DNA of 64,000 nucleotides, taken from Trueperaceae bacterium (GTDB lineage: Bacteria; Deinococcota; Deinococci; Deinococcales; Trueperaceae). Where the stretch lies: the NCBI GenBank assembly GCA_965213705.1, contig OZ243913.1, positions 1,024,001 to 1,088,000 on the forward strand. The letters are read 5' to 3'. Below are positions 1 to 10,189 of the stretch, in pieces. How positions within the stretch are numbered: the first letter of the stretch is position 1; each line of letters begins with the position of its first letter. Position numbers and translations under genes: made by a program. The notes below the pieces were generated by a model. It did not search any database and had not been told where the DNA came from. It saw only the letters and a program-made list of their open reading frames with translations.

Positions 1-306
1 TTTGTAGGGACGACAGTCGTAGCTGCTGGTTGTCGGGTTGCCGCCGAACCTGACATACAGGTCGGCGTCGCCGCTGCCGCCGGACATGTTGAACTGCAAG
101 TTCGTGGCACCGCTCGGCACGTTCAGGCTGAAGTAGGTTACGCTCGAGCGCCCCCCCGATAGCCCCGTGACCGGCACGCCGTTTTGTAGCGGGGCGGTCG
201 CGTCCGCCAAGGCTTCGTTGATACTCTCCGGGGCCGTCTCGGTATTACACGCCCCCAGACCGGCCACAAGCACGACAAAAACAAACCACCGTAAAGCTTG
301 TTTCAT
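1..306 (-). CDS. Lipoprotein with PPC (bacterial pre-peptidase C-terminal) domain; runs off the window start
   Basis: Not in the ORF track. Manual translation from ATG 306: MKQALRWFVFVVLVAGLGACNTETAPESINEALADATAPLQNGVPVTGLSGGRSSVTYFSLNVPSGATNLQFNMSGGSGDADLYVRFGGNPTTSSYDCRPYK. Lipobox LGAC; PPC signature SGGSGDADLYV...YDCRPY. Confidence 0.85.
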   Translation of the reverse strand, partial: MKQALRWFVFVVLVAGLGACNTETAPESINEALADATAPLQNGVPVTGLSGGRSSVTYFSLNVPSGATNLQFNMSGGSGDADLYVRFGGNPTTSSYDCRPYK

Positions 307-561
307 GTTGCCTCTCTCACGCTGTGAAATGCGGGTTTGCCCAGTCAAACCCTGCCCTCGCCCCGACCCGTTTCCTCCCCACCCGTGGGTCATGTTTGGT
401 TTGAGGATGATTAAAAATACGCCTTCAGGGTGAAAAAGGCTAGTAAAAAAGTAGGCAAAGACGTGAACTTGTCTGGAACTACAAGCGGAGTGACATTCTT
501 CACGGCAGCACGCCTGGCCCCAAGGCCGCCTCGTCGTGGTTTGAACTATAGTCTTAAAGCG

Positions 562-1179
562 CTACAGGAACGGCTTTACGGCCGTAAACACGTCGTCGGG
601 TGAGGTGACGAGGACGGCCTGCATTGCGAGCGCTCGAGCCGCCGTTACGTTCGCCTCCGTGTCGTCGAAAAACAAGATGTTCTCGAGCCCCACGCCCATT
701 TCCGCAGCCACGTGTTCAAAAGCCTCTCGCTCCGGCTTGCGCTTGCCCATGTCGGAGGAAACAAAGACGCGCTCGAACACGGCCAGGGCGCTCGCGTACC
801 GCTCCGACCAAAACAGCTTGTGGACGGCGTTCGTGTTGCTGAACGCGTACAGGGGAATTCTGCCGTGCAGACGTTTCAGCAGAGCGACGGTTTCGGGAAT
901 TTCGCCCAGAAAAATAGCGTTCCAGCCTTCTTCGAACTGCTCGTCCGACAGCGTGACGCCGAAGGCGGTGCGGAGCGAGTCGTAGTACGCCGCAGCCTCT
1001 ATTTCCCCGCGCTCGTGTTGTTCGTACGCTTCGTCGGGCGTAAAGCGCGTTTTGAGCGTGTCCGAACCTACACCGGAATGGTAGCTCCAGCGCTCGAGGG
1101 CTTTGTCAAAACTGATGTCGAGAACGACGCCGCCCAAGTCGAAGAGCAGGGCTTTGACGGTATGGGTCACTGTGTTCAT
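562..1179 (-). CDS. HAD-superfamily phosphatase (YihX-like)
   Basis: Motif I LLFDLGGV, motif II SNTN, RKP lysine, motif IV FFDD. Confidence 0.9.
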   Translation of the reverse strand: MNTVTHTVKALLFDLGGVVLDISFDKALERWSYHSGVGSDTLKTRFTPDEAYEQHERGEIEAAAYYDSLRTAFGVTLSDEQFEEGWNAIFLGEIPETVALLKRLHGRIPLYAFSNTNAVHKLFWSERYASALAVFERVFVSSDMGKRKPEREAFEHVAAEMGVGLENILFFDDTEANVTAARALAMQAVLVTSPDDVFTAVKPFL

Positions 1180-1218
1180 CAGCCGTATCGTAACAGGGAA
1201 GGGTTCAGCGGACGGCGT

Positions 1219-1857
1219 TCACGCCAGCACGATTTCGACACGCTCTTTGTTGCTGCCGACGTTTTTGCGCTTGAGGTTGACAGCGCCGACCTCACCCGTC
1301 GTTTTCAAGTGCGTGCCGCCGCAAGGGACTTCCGCAAAGCCTTCGACGCGCCAGTAACGCCGTTGCGTCGCCACGTCGCTAAAGTCACTCACGACGCTGC
1401 GGTTCGCCGCGATGAGGTCGTGGGCGGCTTGTTGAAGTTCAGGTAAAAGAGGCGTGAGGTTTTCAGGCCACAAAAAGTCAATCCGCGCCTTGTCTTCGGC
1501 GATGTGCGCGCCGATTTTCTCCGCGCCCGGCAACTTTCGAGTGACCAGCTCGAGCACGATTTCCGCCGCGAAGTGAAGGCGCATGAGCTCAAAACGGCGT
1601 TGCCCGTCGATTTCGACCAGCACCTCGTCGCCTGCGTTCAAACCGTGGCCGGGCTCGAGGGTGTAGACAAGCTCAAGGCCGTCTTTGCGAGCAGCGACGA
1701 CCGTCTGACCGCCTATCGTGCCGGTGTCGCTTTCTTGACCCCCGGAAAAGGCGTAGAAGATGGTTGCCTCGAGAGTAACGTCGTCTCCGTTGACCGTTGC
1801 AATGTGTGTTTCCAACTGAGTCGCGTAAGGGTTTTCCCAAAAGAGTTTTCTGACCAT
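1219..1857 (-). CDS. Free-standing alanyl-tRNA editing protein (AlaX family)
   Basis: TIFYAFSGGQESDTG, MRLHFAAE, PCGGTH zinc/editing motif. Confidence 0.9.
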   Translation of the reverse strand: MVRKLFWENPYATQLETHIATVNGDDVTLEATIFYAFSGGQESDTGTIGGQTVVAARKDGLELVYTLEPGHGLNAGDEVLVEIDGQRRFELMRLHFAAEIVLELVTRKLPGAEKIGAHIAEDKARIDFLWPENLTPLLPELQQAAHDLIAANRSVVSDFSDVATQRRYWRVEGFAEVPCGGTHLKTTGEVGAVNLKRKNVGSNKERVEIVLA

Positions 1858-1883
1858 AAATACCTTGCCTCAACCTAATAAGG

Positions 1884-2120
1884 TCACGCGGTAAGGACAG
1901 GATGGTCTAATCTGCGTGACGCGAACATGAGAGCGGCGGTGATGTCCTCAGGCTCCAGGTCGGGCAGCTCCTCGAGGATTTGCTCGTGAGACAAGCCGGC
2001 GGCGAGTAGGTCGAGCACGTCAGTTACGCGAATACGCATACCTCTGATACAGGGCCGTCCGCCGCACTGTTCAGGATTGACCGTGATTCGCCCCAATAGC
2101 TGACCCGCACTTTTGCTCAT
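1884..2120 (-). CDS. DUF433 domain protein (antitoxin-like, no adjacent toxin)
   Basis: RITVNPEQCGGRPCIRGMRIRV...LEPEDITAAL pattern. Confidence 0.9.
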   Translation of the reverse strand: MSKSAGQLLGRITVNPEQCGGRPCIRGMRIRVTDVLDLLAAGLSHEQILEELPDLEPEDITAALMFASRRLDHPVLTA

Positions 2121-2195
2121 GAAAGTATTTTATTCGTTCCGTTTTGAGAACACAAGAATGAAGTTGGAGCCAGAGTTTATGCCAGCGCCCTCACC

Positions 2196-3002
2196 TTACA
2201 TTTTGCTCTTGAGGTAGTTGATAAACGAAGTGCAAGAAAGTAAGAAGAATTTTGCATCAGCGGCATCGAGGTTGGGTTCCTCGAGCATCGCGTGACGAAT
2301 TCCGCCTTCATTGCTGGTGTAGCCGTAAATTTTGGAAAAACCCTCTTTGAGAGCAGAGTGTAACTTGGATTCACGCTCGAGTGCTTTTAGTGCGTCGCCA
2401 AGACTTGCTTTAGGCTTGCTGCTGACGATTTGAGCCATGCTTTCAACTGCGGAAATGGATTCCTTAATTGAGTTTCTATAATCTGGGGCTTCGCGGTTGC
2501 TCAGAAGCCGAAGGGCTGCCTGAAGGTGCGCTCTAACTCCTGGAAAGTCTTTATTTTCTATTGCTTCTTCGAGAAGGGTAATTTCCGCCTCGTCAGCGAT
2601 GTCTGTAAACATACCTCCGATGTACCTGTATCCAGCAAGCTCTCGCTCTAAAACCGTATTGATGTTGGAGACCAAGACATGAATTGTAAGATAGTTCAGC
2701 GTCCATTCGAGAAAGTCATAAACCTCAAACCACTCATACTCAAAGTAGTATTGACGAATAGCCTCTACGATTCGGATTGGGTTGTCAGGACGTGTGTCAA
2801 ACGTCTTTTTGAAAAATCTAAACCAAAGTTCCGTGCTGAAGTCTTGGATGTTTGGCTCGTAATTACCCCAGAGAAACTCACCATCCTTCCAAAGGAATAA
2901 ATCCAAAACGTTCCAGAGGGAGTTACGAAGTTCATCGCTCATTCCCTCCTTCTGAATAAGGTCAGCCACAGGTTTGTAACCTTTGCGTTCGCTAAACTTC
3001 AC
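2196..3002 (-). CDS. AbiJ-NTD4-like protein, putative abortive-infection effector
   Basis: N-terminal FSERKGY...LRNSLWN; C-terminal NSIKESISAVES and GIRHA. Visibly more AT-rich than its neighbours. Confidence 0.7.
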   Translation of the reverse strand: MKFSERKGYKPVADLIQKEGMSDELRNSLWNVLDLFLWKDGEFLWGNYEPNIQDFSTELWFRFFKKTFDTRPDNPIRIVEAIRQYYFEYEWFEVYDFLEWTLNYLTIHVLVSNINTVLERELAGYRYIGGMFTDIADEAEITLLEEAIENKDFPGVRAHLQAALRLLSNREAPDYRNSIKESISAVESMAQIVSSKPKASLGDALKALERESKLHSALKEGFSKIYGYTSNEGGIRHAMLEEPNLDAADAKFFLLSCTSFINYLKSKM

Positions 3003-3042
3003 AGCTGCTTTTCGTCCTTTTGCTGAATTTAAGTTTTCAACC

Positions 3043-4848
3043 TCAGGCCAGCACCTTCGCCGCCCGCTCGCGCTGGTTGGGCTCCAAGATGCTCTTGCGC
3101 AGCCGAATGTTCTTGGGCGTCACCTCGACGAGTTCGTCGGCGGCGATGTACTCCAAAGCTTCCTCGAGCGTCAGTTTCTTCACCGGAATCAGCGAGGTGT
3201 TCTCGTCTTTGAGTTTCACGCGGACAGCGGTGAGCTTTTTGTTCTTGGTGACGTTGATGTTGAGGTCTTGCGGTTTGGCGTTCGCGCCCAAAATCATGCC
3301 CACGTACACGTCGGTGCCGGGTTCGATGAAAAAGATGCCGCGGTCTTGCAGTTTGTTGAGGCTGTAAGCGTAAGCCTCGCCCGCCTCCATCGACACGAGC
3401 GAGCCGCCCTGCCGGGTTTTCATCTCGCCCGCGTAGGGTTCGTAGCCGTCGAAGGTGTGGTTGAGGAGACCTTCGCCCTGCGTCATCGACAGGAAGCTCG
3501 TGCGGTAGCCGAACAGCGAACGGCTGGGGATGGAGAACTCGAGTCTCGCCCGCCCGGTTTCGTCCTGGGCCATGTTGACGAGGTCGCCTTTACGGCTCGC
3601 CAGGGACTCCATGACCGCGCCCATCGAGGCGGTCGGCACGTCGGCGATGACGTGTTCGAAGGGCTCGTACTGGACGCCGTCGATTTCTTTCATGATGACT
3701 TCGGGCCTCGACACACTCAACTCGTAGCCCTCACGGCGCATTTGCTCGATGAGGATGGACAGGTGCAGTTCGCCCCGGCCGGACACGCGAAAGCTCTCGC
3801 CGCCCAGGTCTTCGACCCGCAGCGCGACGTTGGTGAGGAGTTCGCGGTCTAAGCGCTCTTTGAGGTGGCGCGAGGTGACGTACTTGCCCTCGAGGCCCGC
3901 GAAGGGACTCGTGTTCGGGCTGAAGGTGACGCTGACGGTGGGTTCGTCGACCTTTTGCACCGGCAGCGCCTCGGGGCGGGCGGGGTCGGTGAGGGTGTCG
4001 CCGATTTGCACGTTTTCCAGGCCCGACAGCGCGACGATGTCGCCCGCGGAAATCTCCTCGACCTCGACCTGTTGCAGGCCGTAGTAGGTGAAGATTTTGG
4101 TGACGCGCGCCTGTTGCAAGGTGCCGTCGCGCCGGATGCGCGTCATCATTTCGCCCTTTTTGGCGCGGCCCCGCACTACGCGGCCGACGGCGATGCGGCC
4201 CATGTAGTCCGAGTAGTCGAGGTTGGCGACCTGCAGTTGGAAGGGTGCGTCTAAGTCGACTTTCGCGGCGGGGATGTGGCTCAGGATGGTTTCGAACAGC
4301 GGCTCCAGGGTGTCGCCGGGTTGGTCAAGCTCGAGCCACGCCTTGCCCTCGCGCGCCACGGCGTAGACGATGGGAAAGTCCAACTGCTCGTCCGAGGCTC
4401 CTAAGTCGACCATCAGGTCGAAGGTGAGGTCGACGACCTCGTCGGGGCGGGCGTCCTTGCGGTCGATTTTGTTGATGACGACGACGGGCTTCAGGCCTAA
4501 AGCCAGCGCTTTTTTGAGCACGAAGCGGGTTTGCGGCATCGGGCCTTCGGCGGCGTCGACAAGCAGCAGCACGCCGTCGACCATCCCCAGCGCCCGCTCG
4601 ACCTCGCCCCCGAAGTCGGCGTGGCCGGGCGTATCGACAATGTTGATTTTGACGTTTTCCCACTCGACGGCGGTGTTTTTCGCCAAAATCGTGATGCCGC
4701 GCTCGCGCTCTAGGTCGTTCGAGTCCATCACGCGCTCCGCGACCGTTTGGTTGTCGCGGAAGATGTGCGACTGCCTAAGCAGTCCGTCTACGAGCGTGGT
4801 TTTGCCGTGGTCGACGTGCGCGACGATGGCGATGTTTCTATAAGTCAT
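3043..4848 (-). CDS. typA: Translational GTPase TypA/BipA
   Basis: [57 protein letters not shown]. Start placed at ATG 4848. Confidence 0.97.
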   Translation of the reverse strand: MTYRNIAIVAHVDHGKTTLVDGLLRQSHIFRDNQTVAERVMDSNDLERERGITILAKNTAVEWENVKINIVDTPGHADFGGEVERALGMVDGVLLLVDAAEGPMPQTRFVLKKALALGLKPVVVINKIDRKDARPDEVVDLTFDLMVDLGASDEQLDFPIVYAVAREGKAWLELDQPGDTLEPLFETILSHIPAAKVDLDAPFQLQVANLDYSDYMGRIAVGRVVRGRAKKGEMMTRIRRDGTLQQARVTKIFTYYGLQQVEVEEISAGDIVALSGLENVQIGDTLTDPARPEALPVQKVDEPTVSVTFSPNTSPFAGLEGKYVTSRHLKERLDRELLTNVALRVEDLGGESFRVSGRGELHLSILIEQMRREGYELSVSRPEVIMKEIDGVQYEPFEHVIADVPTASMGAVMESLASRKGDLVNMAQDETGRARLEFSIPSRSLFGYRTSFLSMTQGEGLLNHTFDGYEPYAGEMKTRQGGSLVSMEAGEAYAYSLNKLQDRGIFFIEPGTDVYVGMILGANAKPQDLNINVTKNKKLTAVRVKLKDENTSLIPVKKLTLEEALEYIAADELVEVTPKNIRLRKSILEPNQRERAAKVLA

Positions 4849-5021
4849 AATTTCTCGATTCTCTGGGGTCGTGGAACGGCCGCCCGCAAAGGGCACCAAA
4901 GCCCCAGTATACACGCTTTCGAACGTTTCGTCCCGGCAGCGCGAAACGTATGAAAAATGACTCTCGAGTCCACCTACTTGTCGCGCTCTCTTTTTCAAGG
5001 GCGACCCGCTATACTCGAGCC

Positions 5022-5762
5022 GTGCGCGTCGTCAAACCTTTCAGCTTGCTGTCGAAAGTCTACGACGCCATCATGGACGACGTCGACTACGAAGACTGGG
5101 CGGACTTTATCCTGGAAACCGTCACGGCGCGGGGCTGGCGTCCGGGCGCGGTGCTCGACTTGGGCTGCGGCACCGGCAACGCGACGTTTCCGCTGGTCGC
5201 GCGGGGTTTGAAGGTAACCGGGCTGGACGCGTCCGCCGAGATGCTGGCCGTTGCGCGCGAAAAACTGCCGGGCGTGACCTTTGTTCAGGCCGACTTTACG
5301 AGCTTTGTGCTGCCGACGAGGTTCAGCCTCGTCTGTTCGGTGTTCGACTCGCTCAACAACTTGCTGACGCCGGAAGCGTTCTCGAGCATGGCGCGTTCGG
5401 TTTACGCTCACTTGCGACCGGGCGGCTTTTTTATGTTCGACGTCAACACGCCCACCGGCCTGCGCGACCTGTGGGAGTCGGGTCGCGCCGAGGGCTGGGC
5501 GGGCGAGGTGTACTACCGCTGGGCCCACAGTTTTGACGAGGCGACCGGTCTAGCCAAGGTCGAGGCCTACTGCGAGACCGAGCAAACCTCGTTTACCGAG
5601 GTTCACTTCGAACGCGGCTACGACCTGACGGAGTTGCGCACCCTGCTTGCCGAGGCGGGCTTCGTCAACGTCGAAGGCCTCAGCTACCCGGACGGCGCGC
5701 CCGCCTGGCCCGACGACCCGCGGCTGTGGGTGGTGGCGCAAAAACCTTCAGCCCCCGTCTAA
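5022..5762 (+). CDS. Class I SAM-dependent methyltransferase
   Basis: VLDLGCGTG motif [21 protein letters not shown] 5022 lies 6 nt after TATACT. Confidence 0.9.
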   Translation: MRVVKPFSLLSKVYDAIMDDVDYEDWADFILETVTARGWRPGAVLDLGCGTGNATFPLVARGLKVTGLDASAEMLAVAREKLPGVTFVQADFTSFVLPTRFSLVCSVFDSLNNLLTPEAFSSMARSVYAHLRPGGFFMFDVNTPTGLRDLWESGRAEGWAGEVYYRWAHSFDEATGLAKVEAYCETEQTSFTEVHFERGYDLTELRTLLAEAGFVNVEGLSYPDGAPAWPDDPRLWVVAQKPSAPV

Positions 5763-5840
5763 CCCCGCGCCCTCGCGCACCGCTCGAGCGGTGCGCGACA
5801 CGTCCTCGTCACCGAAACCGCGCCCCACCGGGCCGGTCTC
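5761..5840. repeat. Diverged direct copy of the 3' end of the 6594-7472 oxidoreductase gene (att-like)
   Basis: Ungapped manual alignment to 6604-6683 gives 66/80 identities. Confidence 0.9.
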
Positions 5841-5848
5841 GCAGACCT

Positions 5849-6262
5849 TTATGTCGAACTGGACAGCGCAAGCGTTCGCACCGCCGGGTCGTTCCAGGTG
5901 TAGTAACTCGCGGTCGTCAAGGTAAGCCGAGCAACTTTTCCCATCCGACTAGCTTTCGTACGAAATTCCGGGTGCCGGAAGAGTCGCCGCAAAAGAAGTG
6001 GAATGCTGTCTGCTTGGGTGTCGGGTAGAGCGACACAGACGAGGCAAAAGTTCGGACCTAGAGAAACTTTCTGCCAAAAGTCACTGGCGTTGATGGTGAC
6101 GAAGGTAGCTCGGCGTTGCTGCTGCAACAGAGTCGGAACGGTGTCGTCTTTGATGACGGTGCCGGGTCGCAAGTCGGTGATGAACAAAATATTTCCGCGG
6201 TACCAGGCCGCGATGGCCGTATCCAAACCCCGCCCGAGGAGCTGCTCGTCGAGCACAATCAT
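5849..6262 (-). CDS. PIN-like toxin (DUF5615/VapC45-like)
   Basis: MIVLDEQL, IKDDTV, FVTINASDF acidic pattern; immediately downstream of a DUF433 gene. Confidence 0.7.
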   Translation of the reverse strand: MIVLDEQLLGRGLDTAIAAWYRGNILFITDLRPGTVIKDDTVPTLLQQQRRATFVTINASDFWQKVSLGPNFCLVCVALPDTQADSIPLLLRRLFRHPEFRTKASRMGKVARLTLTTASYYTWNDPAVRTLALSSST

Positions 6263-6544
6263 TCAAGCGGCAAAGTCGGGCAGGGTATCGAGGAACTGCG
6301 CCATGACGACTTGACTAGCCTCGAGAATCGCCTCACGCGGCAGCCGTTCCCCGTAGCCTGCGACAACCTCGTCCACCGTTTCACCCATCGCCAAACGCTG
6401 CAGCGTTCCCGTGATTTCGATGCGCGTGTACTTGAAGGTGGGTCGCCCACCGCACACGCCCGGCGCGCGCACGACGTACTTGCCGAGCGGGTAATAGCTG
6501 TAAGGCTCCCCGCCGACGAGTTCGGTGACAAGGTCTTCACTCAC
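6263..6544 (-). CDS. DUF433 domain antitoxin
   Basis: PGVCGGRPTFKYTRI...VDEVVAGY; stop abuts the PIN gene start. Confidence 0.85.
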   Translation of the reverse strand: MSEDLVTELVGGEPYSYYPLGKYVVRAPGVCGGRPTFKYTRIEITGTLQRLAMGETVDEVVAGYGERLPREAILEASQVVMAQFLDTLPDFAA

Positions 6545-6593
6545 GGCTTTTCCAGTTTAAGCTATTTGAAAGTTTGGAGAGTCTTACGAGCTG

Positions 6594-7472
6594 CTAGTCT
6601 TCCAACCCCGCCCCTTCGCGCACCGCTCGAGCTATGTTCGACACGTCCTCGTCGCCGAAACCGCGTTTGACGAGGCCGGTTTCTATCTGCGCCACGTAAG
6701 CCGTCACCGGGACGGGTACGCCTAAGTCTCGAGCGGTCTCTAAGGCAATCCCCAAGTCCTTGAGGTGCAACCTAGTACGAAAACCGAGCGGGTAGCGGTT
6801 CTCAATCATGTTCTGCGCGCGGTTGCTGAGCACCCACGAGCCCGCCGCGCCGCCGCTCAGCGCCCGGTGCGCCGCCTCTAAGTCAATCCCTGCCGCGAGC
6901 CCCATCGCCATGCCCTCGGCGACGGCGGCGTAAGTGCCGGCGATGATGGTCTGGTTGACGGCCTTGGTCACCTGCCCGCTGCCGACGGGTCCGACGAGGG
7001 TGACGGTTTTGCCCATCGCCTCGAGCACCGGCTTCATGCGCTCGAATACCTCCGGCTCGCCGCCGACCATGATGCTTAAAGTCCCCTTCTCCGCGCCCTC
7101 GCTGCCGCCCGAGACGGGCGCGTCGAGCATGGCGACGCCTCGTTCGGCGAGCTTTGCGGCGATTTTCCGCGTGACGCTCGGGCTGATGGTGCTCACGTCG
7201 ATGAGGACGCTGCCCTCTTTCAAACCGTGAACCGTGCCGTCGTCCCCCAACACGACCGCCTCCACGTCGGGCGTGTCGCTGACGTTGGTAATGACCACGT
7301 CCGCGCCCGCGGCGGCCTCGCGTGGACTCGCCGCCCGCGTTGCGCCCGCCGCCGCAAGCGCCTCTTCTTTGTCCCTGGTGCGGTTGTGAACCGTCAGTTC
7401 GAAACCTGCTCGAAGTAAGTTTTTCGCCATCGGCGCGCCCATCGTGCCTAAGCCGATAAAGCCGATTTTCAT
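6594..7472 (-). CDS. Beta-hydroxyacid dehydrogenase (3-hydroxyisobutyrate dehydrogenase / tartronate semialdehyde reductase family)
   Basis: IGFIGLGTMGAPMA, DAPVSGG, KAVNQ catalytic Lys, KDL. Confidence 0.93.
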   Translation of the reverse strand: MKIGFIGLGTMGAPMAKNLLRAGFELTVHNRTRDKEEALAAAGATRAASPREAAAGADVVITNVSDTPDVEAVVLGDDGTVHGLKEGSVLIDVSTISPSVTRKIAAKLAERGVAMLDAPVSGGSEGAEKGTLSIMVGGEPEVFERMKPVLEAMGKTVTLVGPVGSGQVTKAVNQTIIAGTYAAVAEGMAMGLAAGIDLEAAHRALSGGAAGSWVLSNRAQNMIENRYPLGFRTRLHLKDLGIALETARDLGVPVPVTAYVAQIETGLVKRGFGDEDVSNIARAVREGAGLED

Positions 7473-7596
7473 GGTGCCTCCTGAAAGGGAGTTTAACCCG
7501 AGTCAACTCACTTTTCGACCGCTACTTTGCACCTTGGCGCGCAGTCTTTTTGGTCGACTTCTTCTATGCTGAAAAACGTTGAAAGGAAGGTTTTTC

Positions 7597-8139
7597 ATGG
7601 CAACGACAGCAACGGCAGCAGCCAAGGAAGCACCCCAAGACCACATGTTCGACACCCACATCGACGTCGAAAAAGACGTGCGCGAACAGCTTATCAAACT
7701 ATGCAACCAGCAACTCGCCGACAACACCACGCTTTACACGCAGGTCAAGCAAGCCCACTGGAACGTCAAGGGCATCCACTTTTTCCAGTTGCACGAACTC
7801 TTCGACCACGTCGCCGAAGTGGTGCAACCCTATTCGGACATGATTGCCGAACGCGCGACGATTTTGGGCGGCTACGCGCAGGGTACGGTCAGAATGGCGG
7901 CGGACGCGACCACGCTGCCCGACTACCCTACCGACGCCACGGCGGGCCACGAGCACTTGGAAGCCGTCATCGAGCGGGTGGCGCAGTACGCTAAGAGCAC
8001 CCGCGACGCCATCGACAAGTCCGACGAGTTGGGCGACCCCACGACCGCCGACATGTTCACCGAAGTGTCGCGCGGCGTCGACAAGCAGCTCTACTTTTTG
8101 GAGTCGCACCTGCAAGCGGGCGGCGTCAAAGCGCAGTAA
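7597..8139 (+). CDS. dps: DNA starvation/stationary phase protection protein Dps
   Basis: KQAHWNVKG, LHELFD, DMIAERA ferroxidase motifs. Confidence 0.95.
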   Translation: MATTATAAAKEAPQDHMFDTHIDVEKDVREQLIKLCNQQLADNTTLYTQVKQAHWNVKGIHFFQLHELFDHVAEVVQPYSDMIAERATILGGYAQGTVRMAADATTLPDYPTDATAGHEHLEAVIERVAQYAKSTRDAIDKSDELGDPTTADMFTEVSRGVDKQLYFLESHLQAGGVKAQ

Positions 8140-8160
8140 GGTCAAACTCGAGTTGACAAG

Positions 8161-8190
8161 GAGGAACGGCTCAGAAGCCGTTCCTCTTTT
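8161..8190. terminator. Intrinsic terminator between convergent dps and acuC
   Basis: GAGGAACGGCT-cagA-AGCCGTTCCTC hairpin followed by a T-run. Confidence 0.85.
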
Positions 8191-9381
8191 CTATTTTTTT
8201 CGGGGCTCAAACTGTTCTGCCCAAATGGGTTCCAAGGTGTTCAGCAACCGCTTGGCGACCGCCGCGTTGTGCGAAGCGATGTCGGCGTGGCGCGGCGTCG
8301 GCTGCCAGGCGGTGGGGTCGTCCTGGAGGGTTGTGGGAAGCGCGACGGGGCTTTGGGGGCTCCACTGCTCGAGCCAAGCCGCCGGCAACTCCTCGGGCAA
8401 GGTTTGCCCGGTCAGCGTCGCCCAGAGGAGCGCCCAGGCTCGAGGCACCGTGCGGTAGGGGTCGTAGCCGCCGCCGCCGGTCGCGACGATTCGGCCCCCG
8501 CACAGTTCGTCGGCAAGTTCCACGACGCGCCGGTAGCTCTGCGCCATGCCCGCGACGCTGAGTTTGAGGTCGGCCAACGGGTCGAAAGCGTGCATGTCGG
8601 CCCCGGCCTGCAGCACGATTATTTCGGGCTGAAAAGCGCGCAGCGCGGCGGGGACGACGGCCTCGAAACTTGCCAAGTACGAAGCGTCTTCGGTATAGGG
8701 CTCCAGGGGCATGTTGACGCTCCTACCGCGCCCGGCCCCCTTGCCGACCTCGTAGGTGTAGCCGCTGCCGGGGAACAGGTAGCGCCCCGACTCGTGCAAA
8801 CTTATCGTCATTACCTCGGGGTGGTCGTAAAACAACCCCTGCACCCCGTCGCCGTGGTGGGCGTCGATGTCGAGGTAGGCCACGCGCAAACCGTACTTGT
8901 TGACGGCGTGGTCGATGCCGAGCGCGAGGTCGTTGTATAGGCAAAAGCCCGAGGCTTGCCCGGCGTGGGCGTGGTGCAGCCCGCCCGAGAGGTTGAGGGC
9001 GCGCTTCGCTCGGTTAGAGGCGACCAAGTCCACAGCGGTCACGGTCGCCGAACACACCCGCAAAATCGCCTCGTGCATGTGCGGAAAAATCGGGTTGTCG
9101 CCGGTACCGAGGCCGTAGCTGTAGGCGTCGTCGACCTCCTCGCCCCGAGACACCGCCTTGACCGCCTCGACGAAGTCCCGGTGGTGAACACGCAGCAGTT
9201 TCGCCTCGGTGACGGGTTTGGGTTTGACGAAGTGGTCGGGGGAGAGGAGGCGAGCGTGCTCGAGCAAACTCCGGGTCAGCTCCAAGCGCACGGGCTTGAA
9301 AGGGTGGCTGTCGGACAGCTCGTACTCGCTCAGCGCGGGGTCGTAAACAAAGGCAAAATCGGTAGGGCTAGGGTCGGGCAC
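8191..9381 (-). CDS. acuC: Acetoin utilization protein AcuC (Zn-dependent HDAC-family deacetylase)
   Basis: HPFKPVR, GGLHHA, SGFCLYND, DIDAHHGDG, GADMHAFDPL, GGGGY. Confidence 0.93.
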   Translation of the reverse strand: MPDPSPTDFAFVYDPALSEYELSDSHPFKPVRLELTRSLLEHARLLSPDHFVKPKPVTEAKLLRVHHRDFVEAVKAVSRGEEVDDAYSYGLGTGDNPIFPHMHEAILRVCSATVTAVDLVASNRAKRALNLSGGLHHAHAGQASGFCLYNDLALGIDHAVNKYGLRVAYLDIDAHHGDGVQGLFYDHPEVMTISLHESGRYLFPGSGYTYEVGKGAGRGRSVNMPLEPYTEDASYLASFEAVVPAALRAFQPEIIVLQAGADMHAFDPLADLKLSVAGMAQSYRRVVELADELCGGRIVATGGGGYDPYRTVPRAWALLWATLTGQTLPEELPAAWLEQWSPQSPVALPTTLQDDPTAWQPTPRHADIASHNAAVAKRLLNTLEPIWAEQFEPRKK

Positions 9382-9382
9382 G

Positions 9383-10006
9383 TTACTTTTCCCCCGGCCA
9401 CAGGACGCTGAAACCGGCCTCGCTCAGCGTGTTCGCTAAGGCTCGAGCGTCGATGGTGCCGACGCGCAGCGCAAAGGTCAGGGTGCCCGGTTCCTGGTGT
9501 GTGGTCATCACGCTCGAGACGTTTACCTTGCGCTTGGCGATGCGCGTAAGTAAGTCGGCGAGCGCGCCCGGCCGGTCGTCGACCTCGACTTCCAAGCGGC
9601 TTGTCGCCGCGCCCACCCCGACCATCTTGGTAAACGCCTCTAAGAAGTCGATGCTCGTGACGATGCCGACGAGGTCGTCGTCCTGCAGCACCGGCAGCGC
9701 GCCGATTTTGAAGTCGTGGAGGGTTTTGGCCGCTTCTTCGACCGGGTCGAGGCGGTGCGCGGTGATGACGGGGGCGACCATAATTCGCGCGACCGGGTCT
9801 TTGAGCGTCACGTCCACGGGCGCGCCCGGATAAGCCGCGCCGACGCTGCGCACGTCGCGGTCGGAGACGATGCCAACGAGCTGAGCGTCCTCGAGAATCG
9901 GAAAGTGGCGAATATGTTTTTGCGCCATGAGCGCGAACACGTCGCCGATGGGCAAGTCCGGCCCGATGGCGATAGCTCCTTTGGTCATGATGTCTTGAAC
10001 GAGCAC
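9383..10006 (-). CDS. acuB: CBS-pair plus ACT domain protein (AcuB-like)
   Basis: Two CBS repeats (IRHFPI...GIVSDRD; IGALPV...GIVT) and ACT motif DRPGAL; directly upstream of acuC. Start GTG 10006 (ATG 10012 alternative). Confidence 0.85.
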   Translation of the reverse strand: MLVQDIMTKGAIAIGPDLPIGDVFALMAQKHIRHFPILEDAQLVGIVSDRDVRSVGAAYPGAPVDVTLKDPVARIMVAPVITAHRLDPVEEAAKTLHDFKIGALPVLQDDDLVGIVTSIDFLEAFTKMVGVGAATSRLEVEVDDRPGALADLLTRIAKRKVNVSSVMTTHQEPGTLTFALRVGTIDARALANTLSEAGFSVLWPGEK

Positions 10007-10189
10007 GAACATCCTTCCGTTTCGGCCCACATTTGCTACTCTGGGGTCGAAACCCTGCGAAACCGTTTCTCGAGATTTCGGCGCTGCCTAAAACGACGCT
10101 TGAACGACGCTTGAACGGTTCGGCTTTATGGTAGCAAGTGTAGCTTAGCAGCAAACCGGTATCGGCTGGGTTTCGGAAAGGTGGCAACG

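Noticed and set aside
2177..2195. Weak similarity to the typA 3' end (14/19), a possible att for the AbiJ islet
   Set aside because: Too short and degenerate to distinguish from chance.
10093..10118. 11 bp tandem duplication AACGACGCTTG between acuB and the VWA gene
   Set aside because: Two copies only; no evidence of function.
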